From Octopus sinensis (Eukaryota), in assembly GCF_006345805.1 (NCBI RefSeq), contig NC_043004.1, positions 54,932,001 through 54,996,000 of the forward strand: a stretch of DNA of 64,000 nt, given 5' to 3'. Positions 50,371 to 63,652 of this stretch are shown here, piece after piece. The first letter of the stretch is position 1, and every line of letters begins with the position of its first letter. The notes beneath the pieces were generated by a model that saw only the letters and a list, made by a program, of their open reading frames with translations, ran no database searches and was not told the DNA's origin. The translations under genes were made by a program, and so were the position numbers.

Positions 50371-51420
50371 CTTATCAGATTCATTCTTCTGACTTGTTCC
50401 TGGGAGGCTATAATTAGTGTTTAGGTCTCTCATTTCATGCTTCTGTTCATCAGCCATTCTTCCAACGTACTCAATCTGTTACGTGAATTGGCCATGTAAT
50501 TCCATTTCTTTTCCCATCTGCTTGCTCTGTTTTTCTTCCTTCATCATCATCATCATCATTGTTTAACGTCCGTTCTCCATGCTAGCATGGGTTAGACAGT
50601 TTGACCGGGGATCTGGGAAGCCAGAAGGCTGCACCAGGCTCCGGTCTTATCTGGCAATGTTTCTACAGCTGGATGCTCTTCCTAACGCCAACCACTCCGT
50701 GAGTGTAGTGGGTGCTTTTTACGTGCCACCTGCACTGGTGCCAGGCGAGGCGGCACTGGCTTCGGCCACGATTCAGATGGTGCTTTTTACGTGCCACCGA
50801 CATGGAAGCCAGTCGAGGCGGCGCTGGCATCGGCCACGATTCGGATAGTGCTTTTTACGTATCTCCAGTCCATGGATCCTGGCATCTGCCGGGTGCCAGT
50901 CATAGGATTGGTTCAATTTCGATTCCGATTTCGATTTCAATTTCACTTGCCCCAACACAACAGGTCTTCGCAAGCATAGGTGCCTGTCGTCGGATGAGGT
51001 TCGATATCGACTTCGCTTGCCTCAACAGGTCTTTGTGTGTCCAAGGGAGGAAAGGCATGCATTCTTTAATTTTCCTGTTGTTTCAGAAACTTTGGGGACA
51101 TCTCTAGCTGCTATTAGTATTCTTTCTTCACTCTGTAGAACATAATTTTTCAACCTCAGGGAGTAATGATACCTTTTGCTTTTAGTAATCCTCTGCCTCC
51201 TTCATTTCTTGATAGGTAGAACCTGTCAGTATTACTCTTAGGGTGGACTGCACTGTGCATTGTGAGTAACTTCCTAAGTCTTTCAAAGTTCTGTTGCTAG
51301 ACCTTTGTCCATTTTAGAAAGGGAGCAGAGTATCTTAATACTGGCATAGCCCTGGTATTCACTACTACTACTACTACGTTTTCCTCATCTTGTTATTTTC
51401 CCCAGCTTAACCTGCTTCAA
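50370..51420 (-). mobile_element. Second R4/Dong-like relic, interrupted by an RTE 3'-UTR insertion (~50541-51065)
   Basis: MHSAVHPKSNTDRFYLSRNEGGRGLL..NYVLQSEERILIAARDV. The part at 50380-50540 is homologous to 17440-17620. Confidence 0.72.
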
Positions 51421-52221
51421 GCACACTTAATTAAAGGCATTCCACATATAATCAGTCCATCTTTTTTTTTTGTCATAAGTGCAGGCATGGCTTCATGATT
51501 AAGAAGTTCACTTCAGAACCACATGGTTTTAAGTTCAGTTCCACAACAAGTGTCATCTACTATGGCCTTGGGCCAACCAAATTCTTGTGAGAGAATTAGA
51601 TAGACAAGAACTATGTGAGAGCTTATCATATACGTGTGTGCATGTGTATGTGTGTTTGTCCCCACATTGCTTGACAACTGGTCAAGCAGTTTTTCTATAT
51701 CCCTGTAACTTAGCAGTCCAGCAAAAGAGACCTATAGAATAATTACCTGACTAATAATAAACTAAAGACTGGTGTTGATTTTTTTTTAACTAAAACCCTT
51801 CAAGGCAATGCCCCACCATGGTTGCTGTGCAGTAACTGAAACAAGCACAACAGCGTGCCTCAGACTACATTGTCCAATATTTATTTCCATTTTTAAACTG
51901 GTTGGGTGTGATTTAAGGGGTTTCTAGCTGTTATTTCCTGCAAGTTTTGTGACAGCATTGAGATTACATCATTGGCTCTATAGCTGAAACCATTTTTGCA
52001 CCTAAAGAGAAAACTTGGTCTTTAAGATATACCTGAAAACAACAACTGAAATCCCCTTAAATTACACCCTACTAATTTAAAGAAGGAAAATCTTAACGTG
52101 TCTGATATATACACAGGAAGATTTGTAACTTTCACCCAGTATGTGTATATATATATATATATATATATTTCATTTTTGTATTTGGTTTGCAAGATTCTTT
52201 ATGTGAATTCGTGTGTTGAAG

Positions 52222-52507
52222 CATATTTTATCATGTCTGGGGAGAGTCATTCTGTTTTAATGCTTATCAATTAATACACTCACTGGTTCGATTTCCACTC
52301 ATTTGCTTATTTATTTTTCTAAAATTTTTGTTGCTTCTTGCAACCTCTTCAATAGTCATTGAGTCAATGATTATTGAAGAGGTTTCAAGAAGCAAAGAAA
52401 ATTTTAGGAAAACATAAATAAGTAAATGAGTAGAAGCTGTACCAGTGAGTGTGTTAATTAATAAGGCATTAAAACAGAATGACTCTCCCTAGACACAATA
52501 AAATATA
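52222..52507. repeat. ~285-bp imperfect palindrome centred at 52363
   Basis: Arms ..TTGCAACCTCTTCAATAGTCATTGA|G|TCAATGATTATTGAAGAGGTTTCAA.. extending to GTCTGGGGAGAGTCATTCTGTTTTAATG and its complement. Confidence 0.88.
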
Positions 52508-52670
52508 TGTATACATTTATAAATACAAAATGGGACAAGAATGCAAAACATCCAGACAACTAGGTGATACAAAAAGGGACAACAAAACATCCAGATAGAT
52601 GATACAAAGAAAACAAAGATGGGTCATTTGAAGTTTTCTTTCTTCAGTCAAGCACCAGATTATCCTCGCA

Positions 52671-52706
<36 letters not shown>

Positions 52707-52796
52707 GTTTATAAATTTAACCTTTAAAGGTATTTTTTAATATGCTGGCCATTGATAAATTTTTTTTTTTCAAAAAAAATTTTATCCTACATTAGG

Positions 52797-52830
<34 letters not shown>

Positions 52831-53109
52831 TACACACACACATGCAAAAATATCTGTAACATACACCTGGTATGTACAAAGGAAGATTTATAACACAGAC
52901 CCAATAAATATATACACATGAAGGTCTGTAGCACATACAATGTATACACAGGAAAATGCATAACCCCCAACATATGCACAAGAAGATCTGTTACACACAC
53001 ACACACCACCCAGTATATACACAGGGTAAGTCTGTAATGCACAAAAGAACCCATATCAGTTTTACCAAATTCCATGAAGAATTCATTGTTTACTCTCATA
53101 TTCTTACAG

Positions 53110-53168
53110 GAGAGACACACCACAAGTACGAGTGAGTGGAGCTATTCTGATTGGTTATTCTCTTGCTG
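53110..53168 (+). CDS. TLCD4: TLCD4/TMEM56-like coding exon 3 (59 nt, phase 2-1)
   Basis: ttcttacAG|G AGA GAC...GCT G|GTGAGT encodes (W)RDTPQVRVSGAILIGYSLA(D), aligning without gaps to TMEM56 WGGPSLANVNIAIASGYLISD. Joins exon 2 in frame. Confidence 0.88.
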
Positions 53169-53384
53169 GTGAGTCATCCTGATTGGTTGTTTCCATTCCT
53201 TATATTTTTCCATTGACTGCTTTGCAAATTGATTTGTTATTTCTGTTTTAGCTGTGGGAGAAGATGGGACAGGTGGTGGGTGGCTAGTGACTCACCCTTG
53301 ATACTTTGTATGTTGTTCACAAACCCTGTACTTTGGTGTTCTGATGTCACATCCTGTTGGAGGTTAATTTCATCTTGTTACTAT

Positions 53385-54250
53385 TAGATAACATCACCAC
53401 CACCATCATCTTCATCATCATCATCACCATCATCATCAAATAACCATCATCATTTTGAATCATCTTGTAGTTACTCAGGCTGGTAGAAATAACAGCCTGA
53501 AATATCACACCCTATTATCTTTAGAAAAGAAGGACACATTGCATAATGTAGTCCTAGATGGACAAAGATTAAAAACAAAGAAATTGATTGAGAAGAGATT
53601 GCCTTTGATCATAAGATTGCCTGATCAGAACTGACCTGGGGCTAAATAGCAACACTCATTGCTTTCATCATAATTACCACCACCACCACCATGATCATTA
53701 TAATCTTCACTACCATCATAACTATCATTACCACTACCACCACCATTATTATCATCATTACTAATGCAATGACCATTTATATTGTGATTAGTATACTGAC
53801 ATTGTTATTTTTCTCATCATTATCATTATTATGTCATCATCATCATTACCATCATCATCTTCATCACTACCATTATAGCTATCATATTGTGATCAGTATA
53901 CTCATATTCTTGTTGTTTTCATCATTATCATTACTCTCATCTTCATCACAACCACCACCACTATCATCATCATCATCACTACTACCACTGAAATTATTTA
54001 TTGTGAGTTGCACACTCATATTACTATTGATATTTTTAGTATCATCATCCTCCTCCTCCTCATCATCATCATCATCATCACTACCATTGTAATTATATTT
54101 ATTGTGAGTTGCATGTTCATATTCTTATTGTTGTTTTCAGCATCATTACCATCATAATCGTCATTATCATCATCACCATCAACTATTTCACATTCATCTT
54201 CTTTTGTAGTCATATGTTTAGATGCTATTACAATACAATATGTCTTGTAT
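53385..54250. repeat. (CAT)n/(CAC)n low-complexity tract with an embedded ~105-bp degenerate repeat
   Basis: ATTGTGA(T/G)T.. anchors at 53781, 53886, 54000 and 54101. Confidence 0.75.
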
Positions 54251-54419
54251 GCATGTTCTTTTATCATCTTGGCTATCAGCTCTACTCTGCTCTGACTACT
54301 TTATCTCAGATCTTCTTCCATCTATCTCTAGAGTTGGAGCATTCCTCCACTAAGGCTTGACACCCTTTTTCATTTAATATGTATTATCTATTTACTTTAT
54401 ATATATCTAAAATCAACAC

Positions 54420-54570
54420 TGTCATCTCTCCTACATATAATTAGTCAATATCTCTCCTTGCATGCATTAATCAATAACTTCTCTCCTTGCATACATTAGC
54501 CTGCCTCATCTTTTATGCATATATTAGCCCATATCTTCTCTATTGCATACATTAGCCAATATACTAAATA
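54420..54570. repeat. ~29-bp degenerate minisatellite (TCTCTCCTTGCATACATTAGCC-like)
   Basis: Four to five adjacent imperfect copies. Confidence 0.65.
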
Positions 54571-56042
54571 TCCTGTTGCTATTTCAACTGACTTGTGTTC
54601 AATCTTTATTTTGAGTTGATATTACATATCAAAGAGTTCAAATTTAATTTGATTCCTTCCTTCATTCATGAATCATGTTTCACTTCCATGCATCTCACAC
54701 ACACACACACACACACACAAACACTGTATCACACATCTTGCACTCACTACAACACATACATGTTCCACATATAGTCGAGCCAATAAAGGAGCCTCAACCT
54801 AGTTGTTTTATCTGCTAGTTATAGCAGCTAAATCTGCTTCAAATCACCTTACTATCTTACTATCTTAAAAAAAGGTAAACATTGGATAACGTGTCCTGGG
54901 ATCTCTGCACATAGGGAAACATATTGGATTGTCATGGTTGGAATGTCTTTGATGCTTGGTCTGCTCAATAAGAGTTGAATTGAGGTTAAACAACAATTGA
55001 CTACATATAGAGAGTTCCCTGTGTTCTGTGACCATATTTCACTATTGTATATCATTATATACCACATGTCTTAAAAGTTCACTGTCCCGTGTTTCACAAC
55101 CATGCAGTTATACCTCATGCACAGACTATATGTAGCTTTCTATGCATTCAGTGTCCCTGCTTTACTTATCACACACCATCACATAGCACATACAATCCTC
55201 CTACAGTCATTTTCCATGTTTCACTGTCGTACACTTCTTACTACAAGGTTTTGGGTTCATCCCCACTGCATGGCACCTTGGGCAAGTATCTTGTATTATA
55301 GTCCCAGGCTAAACAAAGCCTTGTGCATGGATTTGGTAGATGGTAACTGAAAGTAGCCAGTTTGTGTGTGTGTGTGTTTGTTCACTCCAACTTGACGACT
55401 GGTGTTTGTTTGCTTACATCCCAAGTAAACATAACACTTCGGCAAAAGAGGCATATAGAATAAGTACCAGATTTTGTCCTACTGAAACCCTGCAAGGCAA
55501 TGTTCCAGTATGGCTGCAGTCCAGTGAATGAAATAAGTGAAAGAATTAAAGAAAGGAAATACACATATAGGTGCAGGAGTAGCTATGTGGTACTTGGCTT
55601 GCTTAACAACCAGATGGTTCCGGGTTCAGTCCCACTGCATGGCACCTTGGGAAAGTGTCTTCTACTATAGCCTTGGGCCAACCAGAAGTCTTGTGAGTGG
55701 ATTTGGTAGACAGAAACTGAAAGAAGCCTGTCGTATGTATGTATATATATCTATATATATATATGTATATATATAGTTAGCGCCACCTGACTGGCATCCG
55801 TGTCAGTGACACGTAAAAAGCACCAACCGATCATGGTCATTTGCCAGCCTCCTGTGGCCCCTGTGCCGGTGGCACGTAAAAAGCACCCACTACACTCACG
55901 GAGTGGTTGGCGTTAGGAAGGGCATCCAGCTGTAGAAACACTGCCAGATAAGACCGGAGCCTGGTGCAGCCTTCTGGCTTCCCAGACCCCCGGTCGAACC
56001 ATCCAACCCATGCTAGCATGGAAAACGGACATTAAACGATGA

Positions 56043-56096
<54 letters not shown>

Positions 56097-56231
56097 TGGA
56101 GTAATCACATAAATGTGAAACAAGGTGGAAAAAAGAGTACTCAAATAGCAGAGGTAGAGTAATATGCTTTATTTAAAAGCAGCAGAAATGTAACAAAAGC
56201 TGTTACTCGGAGTTTCACGTTCCCGTTCATC

Positions 56232-56296
<65 letters not shown>

Positions 56297-56890
56297 TTGT
56301 ATCTGTGTTGGCCCCCCACACACATAATCGCTTGATAACCGATGCTGGTGTGTTTGCATCCCCATAAGTTAGTGGTTCAGCAAAAGAGGTCTATAGAATA
56401 AGTGCTAGGCTTACAAAGAATAAGTCCTAGGGTCAATTTGTTCGACTAAAGGCGGCGCTCCAGCATGGCTACAGTCAAATGACTGAAACAAATAAAAGAA
56501 CAAAAGAATACCACATACAATCCCCTACATTTATTGTCCATGTTTCACTATCATGTGCCATCACATGTCTCATGTAGCTCCCTTCATTCACTATAGTTCA
56601 CAACCATTCAGTCACATAAGTTCACAACCATTAGGTCACATAAGTTACTCAGACCACATACAGCTCTCTATACATTCACTCACTACATTTCTCTACCATT
56701 CACTGTCATCTGTCTTACACATCATTGTTCTCTATGTACATTATACCATCTTTCACACTACATCATGTCCAATCTGTCTATATGTCTGTTTATCTATCTT
56801 CCTACCCACCTACATACCTATCTACTTACCTACCTCCCTACTAACATGCACACACCATCCTGCTGCATGTCACTTTGGGCAAGTATTTAC

Positions 56891-57301
56891 GGATCTTTTC
56901 AGTTTGAATGGTAGTTTTTTCTAGCAGTGTCATATGAAATTGTCACCCATAATTATGACCCTAGTATCGATCTATTGCATTTCAATCTGTTTTATTGTTA
57001 GGGTTAGGAGGAAGGGTATCTTTTTTCTTCACAAATGTAAATAAACCCAATCTGTTTCTTAAACAAAGAACATATTCATACGACGCAGAATGTTTTTTTT
57101 ACCTCAATAGACGTCAGTGATTGGTTGAAATTGCAGAAATTGAAGAAAACAACAACAAATATCTTACAAACTATGGAATTTTCTCAATAAAGCCAAGAGA
57201 AAAAGATGTTTTATAAACACATTCTACTAGTATACGAAGTTTAAAATTTTTTAGTTACCTAGAAATTATGTTAAAAACTGCCGTTCAAACTGAAAAGATC
57301 C
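56891..57301. mobile_element. hAT-type MITE, GGATC-TIR family, copy 2
   Basis: Same family as 11582-11973. Perfect 8-bp TSD GTATTTAC (56883-56890, 57302-57309). Confidence 0.88.
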
Positions 57302-59774
57302 GTATTTACTACTCTAGTCCTTAGCTAACCAAAGCCTTGTGAGTAGATTTGGTTGATGGAAACTAAAACATGCTTATCATATATGTATATATGTTTGTAT
57401 GTATGCATGCTCACTTCATGTTTATCTGTGTGCATGTATGTGTGTGTTTGTTTACATTTGCTAAGCTACAAGTGGTGATGATGTTTTCAACAAACAGTAC
57501 TCAAGTTTTGTGCCTTCAAAGACTTGTGGAATAAGGGATCTCTTAGTTCAAAAGCAACTAAAGGTTAGTAATGGGAGGGGTAATTGCTTGTAAAATAATG
57601 CCTCAGTAATATATTTGTCTAACGTAAGGATTCTCAACCATTTTTATCTGTAGATCCTTTTGATTACTATTTTATTCTGGTAGACCCCCCATAGCCATTT
57701 GGTGTGTAAAAACTAATTTTATAGATACTTCTTTCCAAATTCTTACTCTTTTACTTGTTTCAGTCATTTGACTGCGGCCATGCTGGAGCACCGCCTTTAA
57801 TCGAGCAACTTGAACCCAGGACTTATTCTTTTGTAAGCCCAGTACTTATTCTATCGGTCTCTTTTGCCGAACCGCTAAGTAACGGGGACATAAACACACC
57901 AGCATCGGTTGTCAAGCAATGCTAGGGGGACAAACACAGACACACAAACACACACACGCATATATATATATATACATATATACAACGGGCTTCTTTCAGT
58001 TTCCGTCTACCAAATCCCTTCACAAGGCATTGGTCGGCCCGAGGCTATAGTAGAAGACACTTGCCCAAGGTTCCACACAGTGGGACTGAACCCAGAACCA
58101 TGTGGTTGGTAAACAAGCTACTTACCACACAGGAGGATGGTTCAACCAGGGTCTGGGAAGCCAGGAGGCTGCTCCAGGCTCCAGTCTGATCTGGTAGTGT
58201 TTCTACAGCTGGATGCCCTTCCTAACGCCAACCACTATGTGAGTGTAGTGGGTGCCTTTTACGTGCCACCGGCACAGGGGCCAGAGGAGGCTGGCAAACA
58301 GCCACGATTGGTTGGTGCTTTTTACGTGCCATCGGCATGGATGGTGCTGTTTACGTATCACCAGCACGGGTATCTTAACTACAATTTCCATTTGATTTTT
58401 ATTTTGTTCTTGGTGTTGATGTACTTGACTCAATAGGTCTCCTCAAGAACAGTGGGTCACTCTGCGATCCAAGTTTAGCACAGCAGGCCGTCCTGCGAGC
58501 CATGAACTCACTTCATTTGTCGGGTCTTCGAAGTCACAGAATATCTCTAAACCAAAATTTTTTCAAGGGCCCTTAAAATAAGATTGTGGATCCCTAATTT
58601 ACTATTTTTTTATGTGAACCCCCAAAATTTTATTTTGACTCTCAGAGGCCATATGAGAACCACTTGAGCCCAGTTTAGAACCACTGATCTAAAACATGCT
58701 ATCTTTTATCTTTCACTTGTTTCAGTCATTTGACTGCAGCCATGCGGGGGCACCACCTTAAATGTCTAGCAGAATGAATCGACCCCAGTACTTTTTTTTT
58801 GTTGTTTTTTTTAAGCCTGGTATTTAATCTATTGGTCTCTTTTGCCAAACTGCTATGTTATGGGGATGTAAACAGACCAACAGCAGTAGTCAAGTGGGGA
58901 GGGACAAACACAGACACAAAGACACACACACATGCACGAGCACACACATATGTATATCTACAATAGGCTCTTTTCAATTTCTGTCTACTAAATTCACTCC
59001 CTATGACCTCAAACTTTGGTCAGCCCAAGGCCATAGCAGAAGATACTCACCCAAAGTGTCATGCAGTGGGACTGAACCTGGAACCATGTGGTTGAGAAGC
59101 AAGCTTCTTGCCACACAGCCACACCTGCATACATGGAAAAATGAATGAATGTGTGTGTGTGTGTGTTTATGTATACACTAATGTACCTACATCACTATAC
59201 CAACCACACTGTCAGATGTTTTTATATACCACTGCCACTTGCTTGCATTGTTGTAGCTTTCGAATGATGCCACTTTGCTGACTTGGCAGGCAGGTCAACA
59301 CTCCCCTCGAACAAAATGGCAATCCCTCACAGAGTTACCCATTTACAGCTGAACTGACCTGAGCAGCATGAAATGAAGTGTTTTGCTCAAGACCACAACA
59401 TTCTGCCAGTCTGGGAATTGAAACCACAATCTTACTATTGTGAGAGCAACAGCCTAACAACTAGGCCAAGTGCCTTCACAATGTGCCTACACCAGTATGC
59501 AATTAGCATAGAGCAATGTACACTAATTGAATACATAACATATGTATACTCTTTACCCTTTACTCTTTTACTTGTTTCAGTCATTTGACTGTGGCCATGC
59601 TGGAGCACCGCCTTTAGTCTAGCAAATCGACCCCGGGACTTATTCTTTGTAAGCCCAGTACTTATTCTATCAGTCTCTTTTGCCGAACCGCTGAGTAACG
59701 GGGACGTAAACACACCAGCATCGGTTGTCAGGCAATGCTGGGGGGGACAAACACAGACAAAAAAACACACACAC

Positions 59775-59805
<31 letters not shown>

Positions 59806-60262
59806 CATATATATGACAGGCTTCTTTCAGTTTCCGTCTACCAAATCCACTCACAAGGCATTGGTCGGCCCGGAGCTATAGTAGAAGACACTTGCCCAAG
59901 ATGCCACGCAGTGGGACTGAACCCGGAACCATGTGGTTGGTTAGCAAGCTACTTACCACACAGCCACTCCTGCGCCTATGTATAATAATGCAATACATTT
60001 AATAATTATTTTTTTAAATCAATATCCCCACCTTAATACTCATGTATATGCAAATGTAACAAGGTATAATTCATGTGATTGCATATTCATTTACCCATGT
60101 CAGTTTAGTGAATGATGTATGTATATATATATATACAGGAGTGGCTGTGTGGTAAGTAGCTTGCTAACCAATCACATGGCTCTGGGTTCAGTCCCACTGC
60201 GTGGCATCTTGGGCAAGTGTCTTCTGCTATAGCTCCGGGCCGACCAATGCCTTGTGAGTGGA

Positions 60263-60362
60263 NNNNNNNNNNNNNNNNNNNNNNNNNNNNNNNNNNNNNN
60301 NNNNNNNNNNNNNNNNNNNNNNNNNNNNNNNNNNNNNNNNNNNNNNNNNNNNNNNNNNNNNN
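60263..60362. other. Assembly gap (100 N)
   Basis: Exactly 100 N. The left edge is a truncated SINE (60135-60262). Confidence 0.99.
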
Positions 60363-60399
60363 GAATTATTCACATTCTTGGATATACAATGAGCTACAA

Positions 60400-60600
60400 A
60401 GAAGAAAGGAAAGTCGTAGCAGCCAATGACACTATGTGGAGACATTAATTCCAAGTCCCTTAGGGCCTTTACTGAAGTCACTACTGTTTGTGGTGGCCCT
60501 CTTAAACATGCCTTCAATTTACAGAAAGCTACTCTCACCAGCTATGCTAATGATACAAAAGTATCACAGGCAACCAAGAATCCCAAAAGATATCACAAAA
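60400..60600 (+). mobile_element. CR1/L2-like reverse transcriptase fragment
   Basis: Frameshifted VP*G..LLFVVALLNMPS..QKATLTSYANDTKVSQA (QG and YADD boxes). Confidence 0.65.
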
Positions 60601-61923
60601 CGACAGTGAGACATTATATATATATATATATATATTGAGCAGAAAGAGACTATTATCCATTAACATTTATCTTTTTTGTATGTTTTATTTTAATGCATTA
60701 TATATTTTACCCTTCTATACCATATATTAAATATTCTATGTTTATCTTTTTATCATATCATAGATTTACCATATATTTATTCCTATCACCTCATATGATC
60801 ATGCATGTACGTGTCTGCATGTAGATTTAGATGAATGTATGTTTGCATGCATATGAGAATGCTCATATCCCTTCATCACACCAAATCCCCGAAATCAACT
60901 ACCATCTCTATAAATAAATAAATAGATAAATAAAATCTAACACTAAATGTATTATTTTATGATAGATAACTGTAACAAACATTAGTTCAACTGACATACA
61001 TACAGACTACTAAATGACCTTAAGAAGTTATACCAACTTCAGATACTTAACCAATAAGTTCTATATCAAACTACCAAGCAATATATCTTCTACATATCTT
61101 TACTTAGTTTTCTGTACACATAACTTACATGCTTAACCAGCCTGATAAACAAGTTTCCATTTCTCCTCTTATAACCACTATCTGAACATTTTTCCATACT
61201 TCAAAAGTCCGTTGACGAAATTTTCTAGAGAAAATACAATTAAAAAAATCTTGTGTCAGAAGAGAGTGAATTCACTGCATAACTACAATCAAACCCATTG
61301 TATGTTTTGCTAAAATATATAGATTTATCAATAAGCCGTCAATTTTTCACTCAAAAGCTACACATAAACAACCTCTACAAAACTTGAAACTCATCCTATT
61401 TCCCTGGTTGTGTTTATCTTCCTTTCTTCTTTGTAATTCATGATATGTTTATAAATATGAACAACTTATCTCCTTTTGGAGAGAAACAGATTGTACACAT
61501 GTCACAGTTGATTTTTACTAGATAAACACACTTGATATGTGTGTATCATAAACATTATCATCATCAGTGGATGCATTTATGTATATATACGTATCTATAT
61601 ATACATATATATATATATACATATATGCACATATGTATATACATGAACATGAATAAATAAATATATATATATATATACGTATACACACACATACATGCAT
61701 GTGTATATATAAACACACAAATACACATATATGTATGTATGTATGTATTAATATCCTTGTTTATGTTACATACACCCTTACACACACACACACACACATT
61801 TACAGGTATACAGTTCATATTGTGTCAAGTAGTACATCGGTTTTCACTGTACACCTCACCCACCTCCAGCAACTCCTACGACTACTAATACTGCTATAAC
61901 GCTTGCTCCAGCAATTTCCAGAA

Positions 61924-62221
61924 TCACTGTGTCTTTATGTTTCGATTTTTGTCATGTGAGGTGAGGACTTTGCGCACCCCAGCACACATTCTGTAGAACC
62001 AGTATAGATTGATGCTGTCCAACACAACACAGGTGAACACCAGTACATAGCGCATATGTCCTAGGGTGATGAATGAATGTGTGCCACACACACTATACAC
62101 CTTGTACCAGTAGAGAGGCATGCAAGCCACCCGGACGAGGAAAAACACAATAGTCATGACAATGCCATTCACCACAAACAGGGAGCTTTTCTTTTCATAG
62201 CCAAGCACATCTAGGAACCAC
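61924..62221 (-). CDS. TLCD4: TLCD4/TMEM56-like terminal coding exon, on the opposite strand to exons 1-3
   Basis: Acceptor ttcttctattcttacAG|G TGG TTC, then WFLDVLGYEKKSSLFVVNGIVMTIVFFLVRVACMPLYWYKVYSVCGT..CVVLDSINLYWFYRMCAGVRKVL..TQ*. Matches TMEM56 [48 protein letters not shown]. Stop TGA at 61926-61924. Confidence 0.9.
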
Positions 62222-63181
62222 CTGTAAGAATAGAAGAAAAAGAGTGAGAGAAAAATAATAATACAATAACAGAATAATAGGAATAATAATGTGGAAATGA
62301 AGAAATCTGTAGTGGGTATATATTTGTGTCTGAGTAGAGGCTACATAGATTAATGAATATTCATAAGTGATATGCCACAGAGTGGCATCTTGGGTAAGCA
62401 TCTTATACTATAGCACTGGGCCAACCAAAGCCTTGTGAATGGATTTGGTAAACAGAAATTGGAAGACCATCATACATGTAAATGTATACGTGCTTGTTAC
62501 GTTTATATATTTGTTTTGCAAGATTTTTGATGTGAAACATAAGGACAGGAAATGTGTCACAGGAAAGTTCACAGGAAGCGGTGCTGCTTCCTAGGGCTAA
62601 ATAGTAGTAGTTTTATTCTCTCCATGGGACTGTCACATTAAGTTGACAGCATACAACTACTTTATAATATCACTACTGCATAAGTCTCTCTGAGAGATTT
62701 AGAAATGTATTATTTCTGGCTTCCGTGCCGGTGGCACGCTAAAAGCACCATCCAATCGTGGCCGTTGCCAGCCTCGCCTGGCCTCCGTGCCGGTGGCACG
62801 TAAAAAGCACCATCCGACCGTGGCCGTTTGCCAGCTTCGTCTGGCACCTGTGCCGGTGGCACATAAAAAGCACCCACTACACTCATGGAGTGGTTGGCGT
62901 TAGGAAGGGCATCCAGCTGTAGAAACATTGCCAGATCAGACTGGGCCTGGTGCAGCCTTCTGGCTTCCCAGACCCCAGTTGCACCGTCCAACTCATGCCA
63001 GCATGGAAAGCGGACGCTAAACAATGATGATGATGATGATAAGGGTACTGTGAAGTGCAACACAGAACCAAAGATCAGGCTTAATAGTGAGTTCGACACT
63101 CTATACTAGTGTCCATTGTAGTATAATGCAGAGCATCAACCTCAGAATAGGCTTGAGTGCAGAATACAAACCAAATAATAA

Positions 63182-63303
63182 AAACAATGATAATTTACAG
63201 AAAACAGGTATGGTATTCCATGCTTTATAGAACATACAAACCAAATGTACCTTCTATAAAGCATTGAAAACCGTACCTGTTTTCTGTAAATTATTATTGC
63301 TTT
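63182..63303. repeat. ~50-bp-arm hairpin with 19-nt loop
   Basis: ATAATTTACAGAAAACAGGTATGGTATTCCATGCTTTATAGAA pairs with TTCTATAAAGCATTGAAAACCGTACCTGTTTTCTGTAAATTAT. Confidence 0.85.
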
Positions 63304-63652
63304 ATAGCTAGACAGATAGAGAAAGTAAAAACATACCTTTGGTTAACAAAAGGTGTAGAGAATTCAGCAATGAGTCGATAATTTGCAAAATATGGTAATA
63401 CTCCAATTGTCTGTGTAATAAAAAGAGAGAAATATATAAGAAATTTGGGAAACTGATGGAACTTAAGATTTTATAGAGGTTTAATATTTAGACCTGGGAC
63501 TAAACAACAACAACAACACAGTGTTATTGTTGTTGTTTAACCCCCAGGTCAATCCTAATTGAGCTAACTTATGATCAAAGGAATTCCAGCTATGGTCATA
63601 TGTCTTTTTCCCAGATTAGTATATCTAGAACTACATCAATATTCAATATATA

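Noticed and set aside
53691-54360. His/Ser/Ile-rich ORFs
   Set aside because: Products of (CAT)n/(CAC)n microsatellites. The same applies to the many YIYI/THTH ORFs in the track.
54852-55067. ORF MWYIMIYNSEIW.. as the missing TLCD4 exon 4
   Set aside because: Opposite strand to exons 1-3, no HH motif, and most of it overlaps repeat-like sequence.
57625-58690. A single hAT MITE split by SINE insertions
   Set aside because: The right end (AGAACCACTG) is TIR-like, but the left end is degenerate and no TSD is visible; support is too weak to list as a feature.
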